Of a stretch of 64,000 bases of DNA, positions 47,119 through 56,558 are shown piece after piece; position 1 is the first letter of the stretch, and every line of letters starts with the position of its first letter. A program made the position numbers and the translations under genes. A model generated the notes under the pieces. The model did not search any database. It worked only from the letters and a program-made list of their open reading frames with translations, and was not told the origin of the DNA. Origin of the DNA: Candidatus Thorarchaeota archaeon. GTDB taxonomy: Archaea; Asgardarchaeota; Thorarchaeia; Thorarchaeales; Thorarchaeaceae. Location of the stretch: the NCBI GenBank assembly GCA_004524565.1, contig SDNZ01000001.1:12455-76454 (forward strand). Direction: 5' to 3'.

Positions 47119-48066
47119 TTGAGCGATGAATTGACTGAAACCTTACAGAATATCAAAACGATAACTGGCGTTGAAAATGTTGTCCTAATTCAAAAAGACG
47201 GTCTTCCTGTAGCAAGTGCAGGAGTATGGTTTAGCAAAGAAGAGGTCTTTGCGGTAGCATCTTCAACATGTGCGATTTTTGGCGTGGCCAAGTTAATTCA
47301 TGGCGATTTCAACTATCTTCTAATGGAATCAGAAACATCCAAAGTGTTTCTTGCATCGCTTCCTAATGACCCTGATTACTTTCTTACTGTAACTACTGCC
47401 CCAAGAGTGAATCTTGCAGCATTATTTATTGAGATGAAAGATAATCTATCAAGATTATCGTATCTCCTAAGACAACACATTGATGGAAGACTTCCACCTC
47501 TCAGGTCGTATAGTACTGATGAAACAAGTCGTGTGCTTGAAGGATTTGCGGTAGCTGAAGGTCGTGATACTACATACGGTATTTCACGGTCTGTAATATC
47601 ACTTGATCGATCACAGGCTCTAAGTCTGAGAGCCCTTTTACGACAAGTACATGATTCTATCCCTGGTATTAGTTCTGTATTTCTATCATTGAGTGGTGGA
47701 GTCAGAGTTTCCCTAGAAGGATTCACAAACGATAGGCTTGCTGCAATGTCGTTTGCATTACATGATGCCTCCGAAAGGGTTGTGAGAACCCTCAGGAACA
47801 GTTCTCTACAAACCGTTCTGTGTGAAACAAGTTCAACTCGACACTTCATCTATGCAGTACCTAATGGTGTATTTAGCCTCTGGGTCGATAAAGATAGCCA
47901 GAAGCTTGGTCTTATGAGACTACTATTGAAACATTACATAGAAGAAACTCGACGAGTACTTTCTTCAGTTTCAATGGTTAAACCAGCTGTTCCTGATGAC
48001 CTAAAGGAACTACTTCTCGCAGGAAGTTCTGATAGGGGTCTACTCATGACGAGGAGAGATAAATGA
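47119..48066 (+). CDS. Tandem Roadblock/LC7 (MglB-like) domain protein.
   Basis: 'ITGVENVVLIQKDGLPVAS...SKVFLASLPNDPDYFLTVTT' is a classic roadblock core. A second similar unit follows ('ISSVFLSLSGGVRVS...RHFIYAVPNGVFSLWV'). Confidence 0.6.
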   Translation: MSDELTETLQNIKTITGVENVVLIQKDGLPVASAGVWFSKEEVFAVASSTCAIFGVAKLIHGDFNYLLMESETSKVFLASLPNDPDYFLTVTTAPRVNLAALFIEMKDNLSRLSYLLRQHIDGRLPPLRSYSTDETSRVLEGFAVAEGRDTTYGISRSVISLDRSQALSLRALLRQVHDSIPGISSVFLSLSGGVRVSLEGFTNDRLAAMSFALHDASERVVRTLRNSSLQTVLCETSSTRHFIYAVPNGVFSLWVDKDSQKLGLMRLLLKHYIEETRRVLSSVSMVKPAVPDDLKELLLAGSSDRGLLMTRRDK

Positions 48067-48983
48067 CATATTCAATACTACGTATGATTGAACTAATGGG
48101 TGATCAATTTCCATTACTACTTAATTCAGTCTTAGAACGAATACCTGTAATTGTCGCAGGAGAAGATATCGAACTTGTGGACGATATAACAGAATGCCTT
48201 ACAATGCTTTGTCCACACAGACATAAACTGGTCTTTTGGAGAGATTTTACTTCAGAGTCAGAGATATTATCTGTCTGGGAAGAGGAGAAACACAACTATG
48301 AAGTCAGCAGAACTGTTGTTTGTGGACTGTCTGGAAATCTGAGGTTAGCCTTGGATAGAATCACTCGTTTTGCAGGTTGGATTCTAGCTATACCATTAGG
48401 AACTATGGTTCTTGGTGTTCAGGTAGATGAAAAGACCTTGGAAGATGTCATATCTCATGTTCAAAATAACTCGGGTAATTGTGGGATACTTAGAATTACT
48501 TCCCCATCAGCAATAACATTCACTCTCCTGAACCAATCTAATAGTAGTCTTGATGTAGAAAAGAAAATAGTCAATAAAATTTTAGTTCGGAAAAAGCAAT
48601 CTTTAGAGAGAATCCGCCGCTTATTAACAAAATCACTTCGCGGTACAAATGTATCAGAGCATATTGTGAATGCAGTACTAAAATTAGATGATGAGTCAGA
48701 GAAGCTCACACAAGATGTCTTCGAGGAGGAGATCAGCAACTATGTCCATGCCGCACGTAGAGCTGTAACATTGCTCTCTAGAATCCGACTTGCTAGAGAG
48801 CTTGGAGCATCTACCACTCTAACGGAGCGAAATCTCTACGAGGCAATTGGATGGGAGGGAGGAGAATTAATAGATTTGATTCATTTCATACGAGCTGAAT
48901 GGCATGAAGACTTTTCGGACTGTGTTAAGCTTGGTGCACTATCAGGTCTGGGAGCATGGGTCGATAGTATGTGGGGTACTTGA
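48063..48983 (+). CDS. Hypothetical protein between the roadblock and GTPase genes. Overlaps both with tight spacing.
   Basis: 306-aa ORF. Its start overlaps the upstream stop by 4 nt. No family was recognised. Confidence 0.4.
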   Translation: MTYSILRMIELMGDQFPLLLNSVLERIPVIVAGEDIELVDDITECLTMLCPHRHKLVFWRDFTSESEILSVWEEEKHNYEVSRTVVCGLSGNLRLALDRITRFAGWILAIPLGTMVLGVQVDEKTLEDVISHVQNNSGNCGILRITSPSAITFTLLNQSNSSLDVEKKIVNKILVRKKQSLERIRRLLTKSLRGTNVSEHIVNAVLKLDDESEKLTQDVFEEEISNYVHAARRAVTLLSRIRLARELGASTTLTERNLYEAIGWEGGELIDLIHFIRAEWHEDFSDCVKLGALSGLGAWVDSMWGT

Positions 48984-49001
48984 GTTTAAGGTGATTAACA
49001 C

Positions 49002-49583
49002 ATGATTATAGACTATGGCAATCGAACTGTTGGTCTCAAGATTGTTTTCTTTGGACCTGCAATGAGTGGAAAAACAACAGCAATTCGATGGTTATTTTCG
49101 TCGCTAGATTATGCTGATAAACTGACATCGATTGAAAATACTGTTGGCAGAACAATGTTCTGTGATTTCGGAACCATTCCATTTCCACTCAATGAATCTT
49201 GGACTGTTAACGCTCATGTTTGGTCAGCCACTGGTCAAGATTTCTATAGATCTACCCGCGAGGTGGTTCTTGTAGGTGCGGATGGTGTTATTTTCATGGC
49301 TGATTCTCAAAGTAACTTGCTAGATGAGGACCTTGCAAGTTGGAAGGAGCTTATGTCGATGATTGCAGAGGAAGAACGGCCATTACCAGTTGTTGTATGT
49401 CTTAACAAACAAGATCTTCCTGAAGTAGTTCAAGAAGGACACCTCAGAGAACATTTACGACTTCCGTCCTCAGTACCTGTATTCAGAAGTATTGCTAAAG
49501 ATGGTCATAACATCCTTGAGGCCTTCCAATTCATATTCCAAGCTGCCATGAAAGCTAGTGTCGTTGCCAAACCTGTTTCATAA
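49002..49583 (+). CDS. Ras-superfamily small GTPase (MglA/Arf/Rag-like).
   Basis: 'FFGPAMSGKTT' P-loop (G1), 'VGRT' (G2 Thr), 'WSATGQ' (G3, DxxGQ-like), 'NKQDL' (G4), 'SIAKDG' (G5, SAK). Confidence 0.7.
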   Translation: MIIDYGNRTVGLKIVFFGPAMSGKTTAIRWLFSSLDYADKLTSIENTVGRTMFCDFGTIPFPLNESWTVNAHVWSATGQDFYRSTREVVLVGADGVIFMADSQSNLLDEDLASWKELMSMIAEEERPLPVVVCLNKQDLPEVVQEGHLREHLRLPSSVPVFRSIAKDGHNILEAFQFIFQAAMKASVVAKPVS

Positions 49584-49596
49584 AAGACCTAGAAAT

Positions 49597-49673
49597 TGGT
49601 GCGACCGCCGGGATTTGAACCCGGCTTGAAAGCTTGGGAAGCTTCCGTCCTAACCAGACTAGACAACGATCGC
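49597..49673 (-). tRNA. tRNA-Gly(CCC), intron-less.
   Basis: Reverse complement gives GCGAUCG...CGGUCGC-A-CCA. Anticodon stem GAAGC/GCUUU with loop UUCCCAA. T-arm CCGGG-UUCAAAU-CCCGG. Confidence 0.8.
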
Positions 49674-49788
49674 TTAGTAGCTCATCCAATACGTATTTGA
49701 TAAAAGATTATCGGCAAATTGTGATTCATCGGTCGTAAGAATATGCTTATCTTGTGCTTGTAAACAAATCCATTTGTGAGATGCAATC

Positions 49789-50922
49789 ATGTCTCCCAAC
49801 GTTAAATCATTGAACTTCTGGCAAGGAAATCAAGCCTGTGCAGAGGCAGCTATTGCAGCTGGTTGCAGATTTTTTGCAGGTTATCCAATTACACCAGCAT
49901 CTGAGATTGCTGAAATCATGTCCCAACAATTACCTAAAATTGGAGGGACCTATGTGCAGATGGAAGATGAAATTGCAGCAATTTCAGCTGTGATAGGTAG
50001 TGCATGGGGTGGATCTCTATCGATGACTGCGACTTCAGGTCCGGGCTTTAGTCTGATGCAGGAAAATATTGGATATGCCATAATGACTGAAACTCCGTGT
50101 GTTATCGTGGATGTTCAAAGAGCTGGACCCAGTACTGGACAAGCAACAAAAGCAGCTCAAGGAGACCTCATGCAAGCAAGGTGGGGAACTCATGGTGATC
50201 ATGAGATGATTGTATTAGCGCCTAATTCATCCCAAGAAACCTACGAACTCACACTCAAAGCGTTTAGTCTATCAGAGAAACTTCGACATCCGGTTATTCT
50301 TCTTTCTGATGAGGTCGTAGGTCATTCAAGAGAAAAAGTAGTAATAGACCCCCAAAGTAATAATCAAATACACAGAAGATTGGCGAAAATGGGTGAACCA
50401 TCATATGGTGGTGTGGATTCTAATGGACATGCAATAATGCCAAAATTTGGAGATGGACATAATCTTCTGATAACAGGTTCTACCCATGATGAGCGAGGTT
50501 TCAGGAAGACTTCTGATTCTGAAGCCCACGATAGACTGATTCGAAGAATTACAGCCAAAATCCAAGATGCAGCACCTATTTTAAATGATTTCGAGATTTC
50601 AGGTCCGGAGAGTGCCGAGTGGGGGATTATTTCTTTTGGTTCTACATCAAGGTCTGTTGAGGAGTTGATGACTACTAAAGATAGTAAACCAACCCTAAGA
50701 ACGATGAGATTGAAGACAGTTTGGCCATTCCCTGATCAAGCAATACGTGAATTCAGCAAAACAGTTGATAAGCTACTAGTCCCTGAATTGAACCTTGGAC
50801 AAATGTCTAGAGAAGTTTCACGTGTCGTTAGGGATACCGTAGAAGTAATTCCATTGAATAAAATTGGTGGTGGTCGAATGATTGAACCAGACGAATTACT
50901 TACTACCATGGTCCAGTCATAA
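49789..50922 (+). CDS. 2-oxoacid:ferredoxin oxidoreductase alpha subunit (KorA/PorA-like). No adjacent beta subunit.
   Basis: 'AGYPITPASEIAE' and 'TATSGPGFSLMQE' are OFOR alpha motifs. 377 aa. Confidence 0.8.
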   Translation: MSPNVKSLNFWQGNQACAEAAIAAGCRFFAGYPITPASEIAEIMSQQLPKIGGTYVQMEDEIAAISAVIGSAWGGSLSMTATSGPGFSLMQENIGYAIMTETPCVIVDVQRAGPSTGQATKAAQGDLMQARWGTHGDHEMIVLAPNSSQETYELTLKAFSLSEKLRHPVILLSDEVVGHSREKVVIDPQSNNQIHRRLAKMGEPSYGGVDSNGHAIMPKFGDGHNLLITGSTHDERGFRKTSDSEAHDRLIRRITAKIQDAAPILNDFEISGPESAEWGIISFGSTSRSVEELMTTKDSKPTLRTMRLKTVWPFPDQAIREFSKTVDKLLVPELNLGQMSREVSRVVRDTVEVIPLNKIGGGRMIEPDELLTTMVQS

Positions 50923-52611
50923 AGAATTGATTCATCAATCTCGATAATTACGATGATGCTAGTCTTCATCCACACAGTCACATTTTCCGTTTGAATAGAA
51001 GATATGAAGTATGGTGCAGCTATCTCAAAACTGAATGTATGTTCTCCAGCTTGAATCCTGAGTGGAAGTGGCAATGAAATAGGTTGAGTTGTAATGATCT
51101 GAGGAATAGTTGCAAAGGGAGTGCTTTCATTATCGCAATAGGCCATTATGGTGACTATATCGATTGTATTATTATTGAGATCAAAGGCCGAAAGGATGAT
51201 GTGAAGATTTTCTCCATAGAAAGCAGATTCTACGGTGACATTGATACTGAGTTCCCCAATAACATTGAACTGGAATTCGTATAGTTCAGAGAAATTGTAG
51301 TATGCATTAGTTGGCTCAGGAGTGATTAGATGAGGTCCTATTGTTAGGTTATACCAAGCTGTTAGTGGTACACTACTCAATAGGTGAGGAGTTATACCTT
51401 TAGAGATAGAGAATTCACCAAAATCATCCGTGAATTGTAATGTGATTTCTTGGCCCCAATTAAATTCCTCCTCAATTGTAAATTCGATTGATGTAGTATT
51501 TCCATGAATAGCGGAAATATTCGTTTGAACTGGATAAAAGTAAAGTATGTTCTCATTGGCGGTAATAGGAATAAATTGAGTATTTGCTTGATATTTTGGA
51601 TTTGATGTTGTGATATTGATGATATATAAGCCTGGAGGCGTTTGAAATGGGATTACAGTAGTATAGAACCCATCTCCAAGATTTGCCATTTCCCCGTTGT
51701 TGAAACCTGCATTCCACAAGAGTGTGCTATCGGATATCCCACTATAGTCTGCTGCTTCGTGCCTTACGGTTATGTTCACATTTTCGAAATGTGAACCATC
51801 TGGGGATTGGCATTGAACAGAGGAGGGAGCAGAAACAACTGTTAGATTAGAAGCTGTGGGAACTACTGAAAGCGGTAAAGATTTAGAAAATCCTAGAAAA
51901 TCTTCGTTTCCACTTCCTGATACTATTAGATCATAGGTGCCAGGTAACCCCATTGAGCTGTTCCAGTCGAAACTAAAAGAACCATCGGGATTAGTTGTCG
52001 TATTAGTGTCAAGTATTGTTTCTGCACTAGGATTATCAATTCGAATATTGATAGACTCGTTGGCATATTCAACGTTATTATCATAGATTGATACGACACG
52101 GGAAATCAGTGTTGCATTACTGTCAGATTGTACGACCAGAGGAGTGACCGGAACAACGGTGAGATGACCTCTTGTGATGAGAACCTCAATGTTGTCACCA
52201 GCACCTTGAGAAACTGTATCAAATATCTCAACGTTGAAAATAATGTAAGCAGTGCTTCCATTTTCACCTGGACTTGTATCGCTTGGTAGGATAGTATATG
52301 ACGAATTTAGCATACGTGGATTTGGTGAAGCTGAAATGAAATATTCGTCTGCAAATGTGGGACCTAGGTCAGTGACCGCAGCAAAGGAAATATAGCACCA
52401 CCCCTCTGGACTAAAATCAGCAATTAATCGTGCAACCATATCAACTGTTTCTCCGACTTCATACACCATCTTGTCAGTTTCAAAATACTGAAAATCAAAA
52501 TAGAATGCTGTTACGGATAGTGTCATTCCCAGAACAATGATTACTGATAGTGATACTATTGCTAATCTCCTTTGTTGCACAGGCAAACACCAAAAAGAAG
52601 TCATATTCATG
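50736..52611 (-). CDS. Secreted/surface Ig-like repeat protein with an N-terminal signal/TM anchor and many N-glycosylation sequons.
   Basis: N-terminus 'MNMTSFWCLPVQQRRLAIVSLSVIIVLGMTLSV'. Long beta-rich Thr/Ser/Asn-rich ectodomain with many N-x-S/T. The 3' ~190 nt overlap korA convergently. Confidence 0.5.
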
Positions 52612-52685
52612 CCTAAAAAAGAGCACACGAATCTAGCGACAGGTTTAACTCAACACTTAACTAGCCTCATTTTAAGCCCCTAACA

Positions 52686-53069
52686 TTGTGGAGTGATATT
52701 TTAATGGTTATAAGACTCAAGGATACTGTGATTGAATCTGTAGATGATACTGAAACTAGAAGACTAAGGACAATTAAAATGGCATCAAAGGCTGATGGGG
52801 CAACAATCACACTTGAACTACCTGAAGCGCTCTCTGGAACAATGAGTGTTGGAGAAATTGTAAACGTTGTAATTGATTCTAAAGAGATAACCACTGGTGA
52901 GAGTTCTAAACTCTATGTAGAAGGTACTATTTTCAAGAAATCGGACAATGGTGATTTTGAAATCATCGGATCAATAGGAGGTTTACGTCTAGTATTTACA
53001 TTAGAAAAAGCAACTCCAACTCAGATAAAAACGTTCGATTCCGAAAAATTTTACATGGCTATTAAATAA
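52686..53069 (+). CDS. RNA polymerase subunit Rpo8 (RpoG, Rpb8 homolog), putative.
   Basis: 127 aa. 'IESVDDTETRRLRTIKMAS...ITLELPEAL', 'KLYVEGTIFKK' and 'GSIGGLRLVF' parallel the Rpb8 blocks 'VSEVDPGRYNKVCRIEAAS...LTLDINVELFP', 'YVMYGTAYKF' and 'SFGGLLMRL'. Confidence 0.5.
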   Translation: MWSDILMVIRLKDTVIESVDDTETRRLRTIKMASKADGATITLELPEALSGTMSVGEIVNVVIDSKEITTGESSKLYVEGTIFKKSDNGDFEIIGSIGGLRLVFTLEKATPTQIKTFDSEKFYMAIK

Positions 53070-53241
53070 GAGTGTAATTCTCTCGGTAAATAGGAGAATA
53101 CTTTCGGATACCTCTTTCTGGCTAGGCTTATTGAGTTCTAGTAAAGAATGGTATTGTACATCCTGTAGAACTTTCAACCGGTGTAAATAGATGAATAATG
53201 CCTGAAACTCAGTTAGGAGAGAAAGTCCCCCATTTTATTGG

Positions 53242-54291
53242 GTGTGGTCTTTGACTGATGAAGTATGTGAATCTCGTTCAATAACTTCGCGATCCTGTCC
53301 AGACTGTGAAGGTTTTCTTATTACCAGTCGTGGGCATATAGTATGTGCTGAGTGTGGCTTGGTTATCTCTAGAGAGTTTGTATCGCCAACATATCAGATG
53401 GGAGAACAAAAACAAGGTAATACTCCAGATGCAACTATGTATGTTTCCTTAGGAAATAGAATGCATATTGTAGATGGGTTAGGTAGCTATATTGGGTTCC
53501 ATAAGGATAGATATTTTCAAGATGCAAATGGGCAATCTCTCTCCGGTCGAACTCAGAAAAAATTCAAACGTCTCAAAACCATTTACAGTACTAGAATTCG
53601 GATTGGGAAGAATGAGGCCAAATATCGAGCTCTCAGAACGCTTAATCATGTATCGAAATTGTTAATGTTAAATGAGCAGGTGCGAGATCGTACTGCATAT
53701 CTCTACAAGAAGGTGATTTCAGAATCAGTTGGAAAAGTCAGTAATAACATTCTATTGATAGCAGTATGCCTTCTTATGGCTGTACGAGAGTTCAAGAATG
53801 AAGCTCCAATAACACTTGATGAAATTGCTAGTGTATTTGAGAAATGTGGTCACCGTGTCAATGTTAGAGCCATCGTAAGAGAGGCTCTTAGACTCAAGTC
53901 ATTGACAGGATATGCACCAGAAATTCGAAAACCGAAGGATTATGTTCCAAGAGTGGTTTCTATGCTGATGAACAATAGTCGGGTATTGAGCAAAGTCAAA
54001 TCACGAGGATGGACTCCTAAATCCTATGAGAATGCGCTTAGAGAGAAAATTCACATGGTCCTAGGAATGATTCCTGCTTCAAAACGTGGGGGTCGTAATC
54101 CATTCATATTCACTGTTTCTGCAGCCTATGCCAGTGATCGCTTAATTGCATCTCAGTTTGAAAGACGTCCTGTCCTTACTCAAAAATTGACATCAACTGC
54201 AACTGAGGTTGCTGAATATAGTATTCGTGATCATTTTGGTATGATGAAGAAGATTGTTGAAAAATCAGATGTGGTTGAGCTCATTCAGTGA
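53242..54291 (+). CDS. tfb: Transcription factor B (TFIIB family).
   Basis: N-terminal 'CPDCEGFLITSRGHIVCAECGLV' zinc ribbon followed by two cyclin-like helical repeats. 349 aa. It is rather divergent from canonical TFB. Confidence 0.7.
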   Translation: MWSLTDEVCESRSITSRSCPDCEGFLITSRGHIVCAECGLVISREFVSPTYQMGEQKQGNTPDATMYVSLGNRMHIVDGLGSYIGFHKDRYFQDANGQSLSGRTQKKFKRLKTIYSTRIRIGKNEAKYRALRTLNHVSKLLMLNEQVRDRTAYLYKKVISESVGKVSNNILLIAVCLLMAVREFKNEAPITLDEIASVFEKCGHRVNVRAIVREALRLKSLTGYAPEIRKPKDYVPRVVSMLMNNSRVLSKVKSRGWTPKSYENALREKIHMVLGMIPASKRGGRNPFIFTVSAAYASDRLIASQFERRPVLTQKLTSTATEVAEYSIRDHFGMMKKIVEKSDVVELIQ

Positions 54292-54354
54292 GAGTTGATT
54301 TCTTGGTAGTGCCATATTAGGGACCATGGTGATTATGATTGGGGTCATTGCTAA

Positions 54355-56031
54355 ATGAAGCAAAGCGTTCAGATTATACAATGCTCTTCTAATCGATGTG
54401 ATAGTTGTCCAAAGAAGTTCAAATTAGACTGCCAAGAGCTAGTATCCGGAAATCAGGTTATGGAGAAATCGACTATTCTAGTTGAAAAAAGTAGAGGACT
54501 GTTTCATATTAGATTTAGAGGGAATCCAATTCTAGCCAACCCACCTTGGTCTACGGATGGGTGGGAATCTATTTTCGTTGGTAAAGATTGTGATTTATTC
54601 CATAATATGACGGAGATGATTGATATCTATCGTGTTGGGCCATATGTTTCACTTTTCTTTAACGTACAGGAAGACCGTCAAATTAGATATATTCAACTTC
54701 CAGTTGTAAGAACTGCTTTAGAGCTCTCATTGCTAAGCGATCTTGGCAAAGATATAAAGAGTTCAATTAATCCAGTATTAGGGTTTAGAGAATCTGTAAC
54801 AAAACAGCTTGAACGTGTCACTGTTGATATAGCAGGCTATATTAAAGAACAAATCCCCGAGATTAATGAGAATACAAGAGCACGAATTGCGCAGATAGTA
54901 GCTCATCGAACAAATATCCTTGGTCGTATTTTTCCAATCTTGCTGGATGAAATGACTGAAGAAGTGTATCTAGATGGACCTAATACCTTAATTTACTTTG
55001 ATCACCAGAAGATGGGTAGGTGTATTACTTCTAGTAGTTTCGATGAAATTGAAGTACCCCGAATAGTAACTTTTCTTCGCTCAGAAAGCAATTTACACCT
55101 AGATCGTAGCAATCCATCACTAAAGATGGAATTAGGTTTACTAGGATCAGTTCTACGTGTATCAGCAAGTGTCCCACCATTAAGTGCAGATGGTTTGAAT
55201 TTAGAGATTCGACGTGCTAGAAAACAACCTTTCACAATAAGAAACCTTATCGAAAATAGTACAATTACAAAAGAAGCTGCTGCTATCCTTCTACTTGCAT
55301 TAGCTAGTAGGTTGAATATTACGATTACGGGAGGCCCTGGGACAGGAAAAACCACCTTGCTAAATGCTCTTGATAGTGTAACTCCGCGATGGTGGAGAAA
55401 AATCTACATTGAAGATGCCATTGAAAGCAGAACTTCACTTGATCATCATCAGGTCAGATTACAAGTTGATCCTGTAGATGAACAACATAAGAGAATGAGT
55501 AAGAGTGAGGAGATAGTGAAATGTCTCCATCGATCACCAGACTATTTGATTCTTGGAGAGATTCAGACTGTAGAACATAGTAAGGCACTATTTCAAGCAA
55601 TAGCAGCTGGTCTTCATTCAATTCAAACATGTCATAGTGATTCAGCAGCTAGTTTAATCACAAGGTGGATTCTTGGTCACAATATCGAAAAATCCAATAT
55701 TGGGTTAATGGATTTGATTGTTACATTGGAAAGACCAAAGCCAGGAGAATCTAAACGTCGAGTAAAAGAAATTGTAGAAATTCGCAAGGGTATTCAGAAT
55801 GGTCTATTGACATTTCTGGGTACTAATATTGTGTATGACAGTATTTCAAAGAATGTTGGTAGTTTTGCTGAAGATGGGTCTTTCAGAACTCTTGCAAGGA
55901 GTTTAGGAATCAATAATCCTGAACAAGCTCTAAATTCATTGATTTCGCGCTTCCATAATTATGATGAGAATATGGAAGAACTTAGTGAGAGTATGTGGGC
56001 ATACGGTCATCCAATGAAATTTGTTGCATAA
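54355..56031 (+). CDS. Type II/IV secretion-family ATPase (T2SSE; FlaI/TadA/VirB11-like) with an N-terminal Cys-cluster domain.
   Basis: 'ITITGGPGTGKTTLLNAL' Walker A, 'YIEDAIE' Asp box, 'RSPDYLILGEIQT' Walker B, 'TCHSDSAASLITRW' His box. The N-terminus has 'CSSNRCDSC...C'. Confidence 0.8.
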   Translation: MKQSVQIIQCSSNRCDSCPKKFKLDCQELVSGNQVMEKSTILVEKSRGLFHIRFRGNPILANPPWSTDGWESIFVGKDCDLFHNMTEMIDIYRVGPYVSLFFNVQEDRQIRYIQLPVVRTALELSLLSDLGKDIKSSINPVLGFRESVTKQLERVTVDIAGYIKEQIPEINENTRARIAQIVAHRTNILGRIFPILLDEMTEEVYLDGPNTLIYFDHQKMGRCITSSSFDEIEVPRIVTFLRSESNLHLDRSNPSLKMELGLLGSVLRVSASVPPLSADGLNLEIRRARKQPFTIRNLIENSTITKEAAAILLLALASRLNITITGGPGTGKTTLLNALDSVTPRWWRKIYIEDAIESRTSLDHHQVRLQVDPVDEQHKRMSKSEEIVKCLHRSPDYLILGEIQTVEHSKALFQAIAAGLHSIQTCHSDSAASLITRWILGHNIEKSNIGLMDLIVTLERPKPGESKRRVKEIVEIRKGIQNGLLTFLGTNIVYDSISKNVGSFAEDGSFRTLARSLGINNPEQALNSLISRFHNYDENMEELSESMWAYGHPMKFVA

Positions 56032-56111
56032 TTATCAAAGAAACATTGGTAATAGAAGTGCACAATACAGAATTCACAATTCTTTAGGACCTTAAAAGGT
56101 TCAGCGAGGCT

Positions 56112-56339
56112 TTGAGCTCGAGGTGTAACTCTGTGGAAGAATCAAATCTCGTTCAGAATGAACAGGGTGGTCCCCTTGTTGAAGAAAGTCTCCTGTTAGG
56201 TCTAGCTGTAGTAACAGTTTCAATTGTGATAGCAGTCATTCTCCAAGCAACTGGATGGGCTCAAGATGTTGTTGGTGGACTACTACAGCTTTTGCAAGAT
56301 AGTTGGAGTAATCTAACTCAGTTATTTTCTGCACCATGA
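56112..56339 (+). CDS. Small Flp/pilin-like protein with a possible class III signal peptide. Putative.
   Basis: 75 aa. 'NEQGG|PLVEESLLLGLAVVTVSIVIAVIL' resembles a G|xxxxE prepilin cleavage motif followed by a hydrophobic helix. There is no basic residue before the Gly. Confidence 0.3.
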   Translation: MSSRCNSVEESNLVQNEQGGPLVEESLLLGLAVVTVSIVIAVILQATGWAQDVVGGLLQLLQDSWSNLTQLFSAP

Positions 56340-56437
56340 ATTTTGGATACTGATTAGTATTGATTATTATTACAGGGGGAAAGCCTTATTTGTAACAGGA
56401 GGCGGTTGCCTCTCGCGCTCCGGGCTGGCATACTCAA

Positions 56438-56548
56438 GCTCCGGTAGTCTACCATAGTGTCATACTATGGTGGTACCGACTGTAGTCCGGCCCAGCATGG
56501 GGGGTTCTCGACCCCCCGACCCGGGTTCGAATCCCGGCCGGAGCACCA
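56438..56548 (+). tRNA. tRNA-Glu(CUC) with a ~33-nt non-canonical intron in the D-arm (around positions 11/12).
   Basis: Acceptor GCUCCGG/CCGGAGC-A-CCA. T-arm CCGGG-UUCGAAU-CCCGG. Anticodon stem GGGGG/CCCCC with loop UUCUCGA. A Glu-type D region GUAGUCCGGCCCAGCAU lies after an insert (56449..56481) that contains the hairpin CCAUAGU/ACUAUGG. Confidence 0.65.
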
Positions 56549-56558
56549 ACTTCAATTT

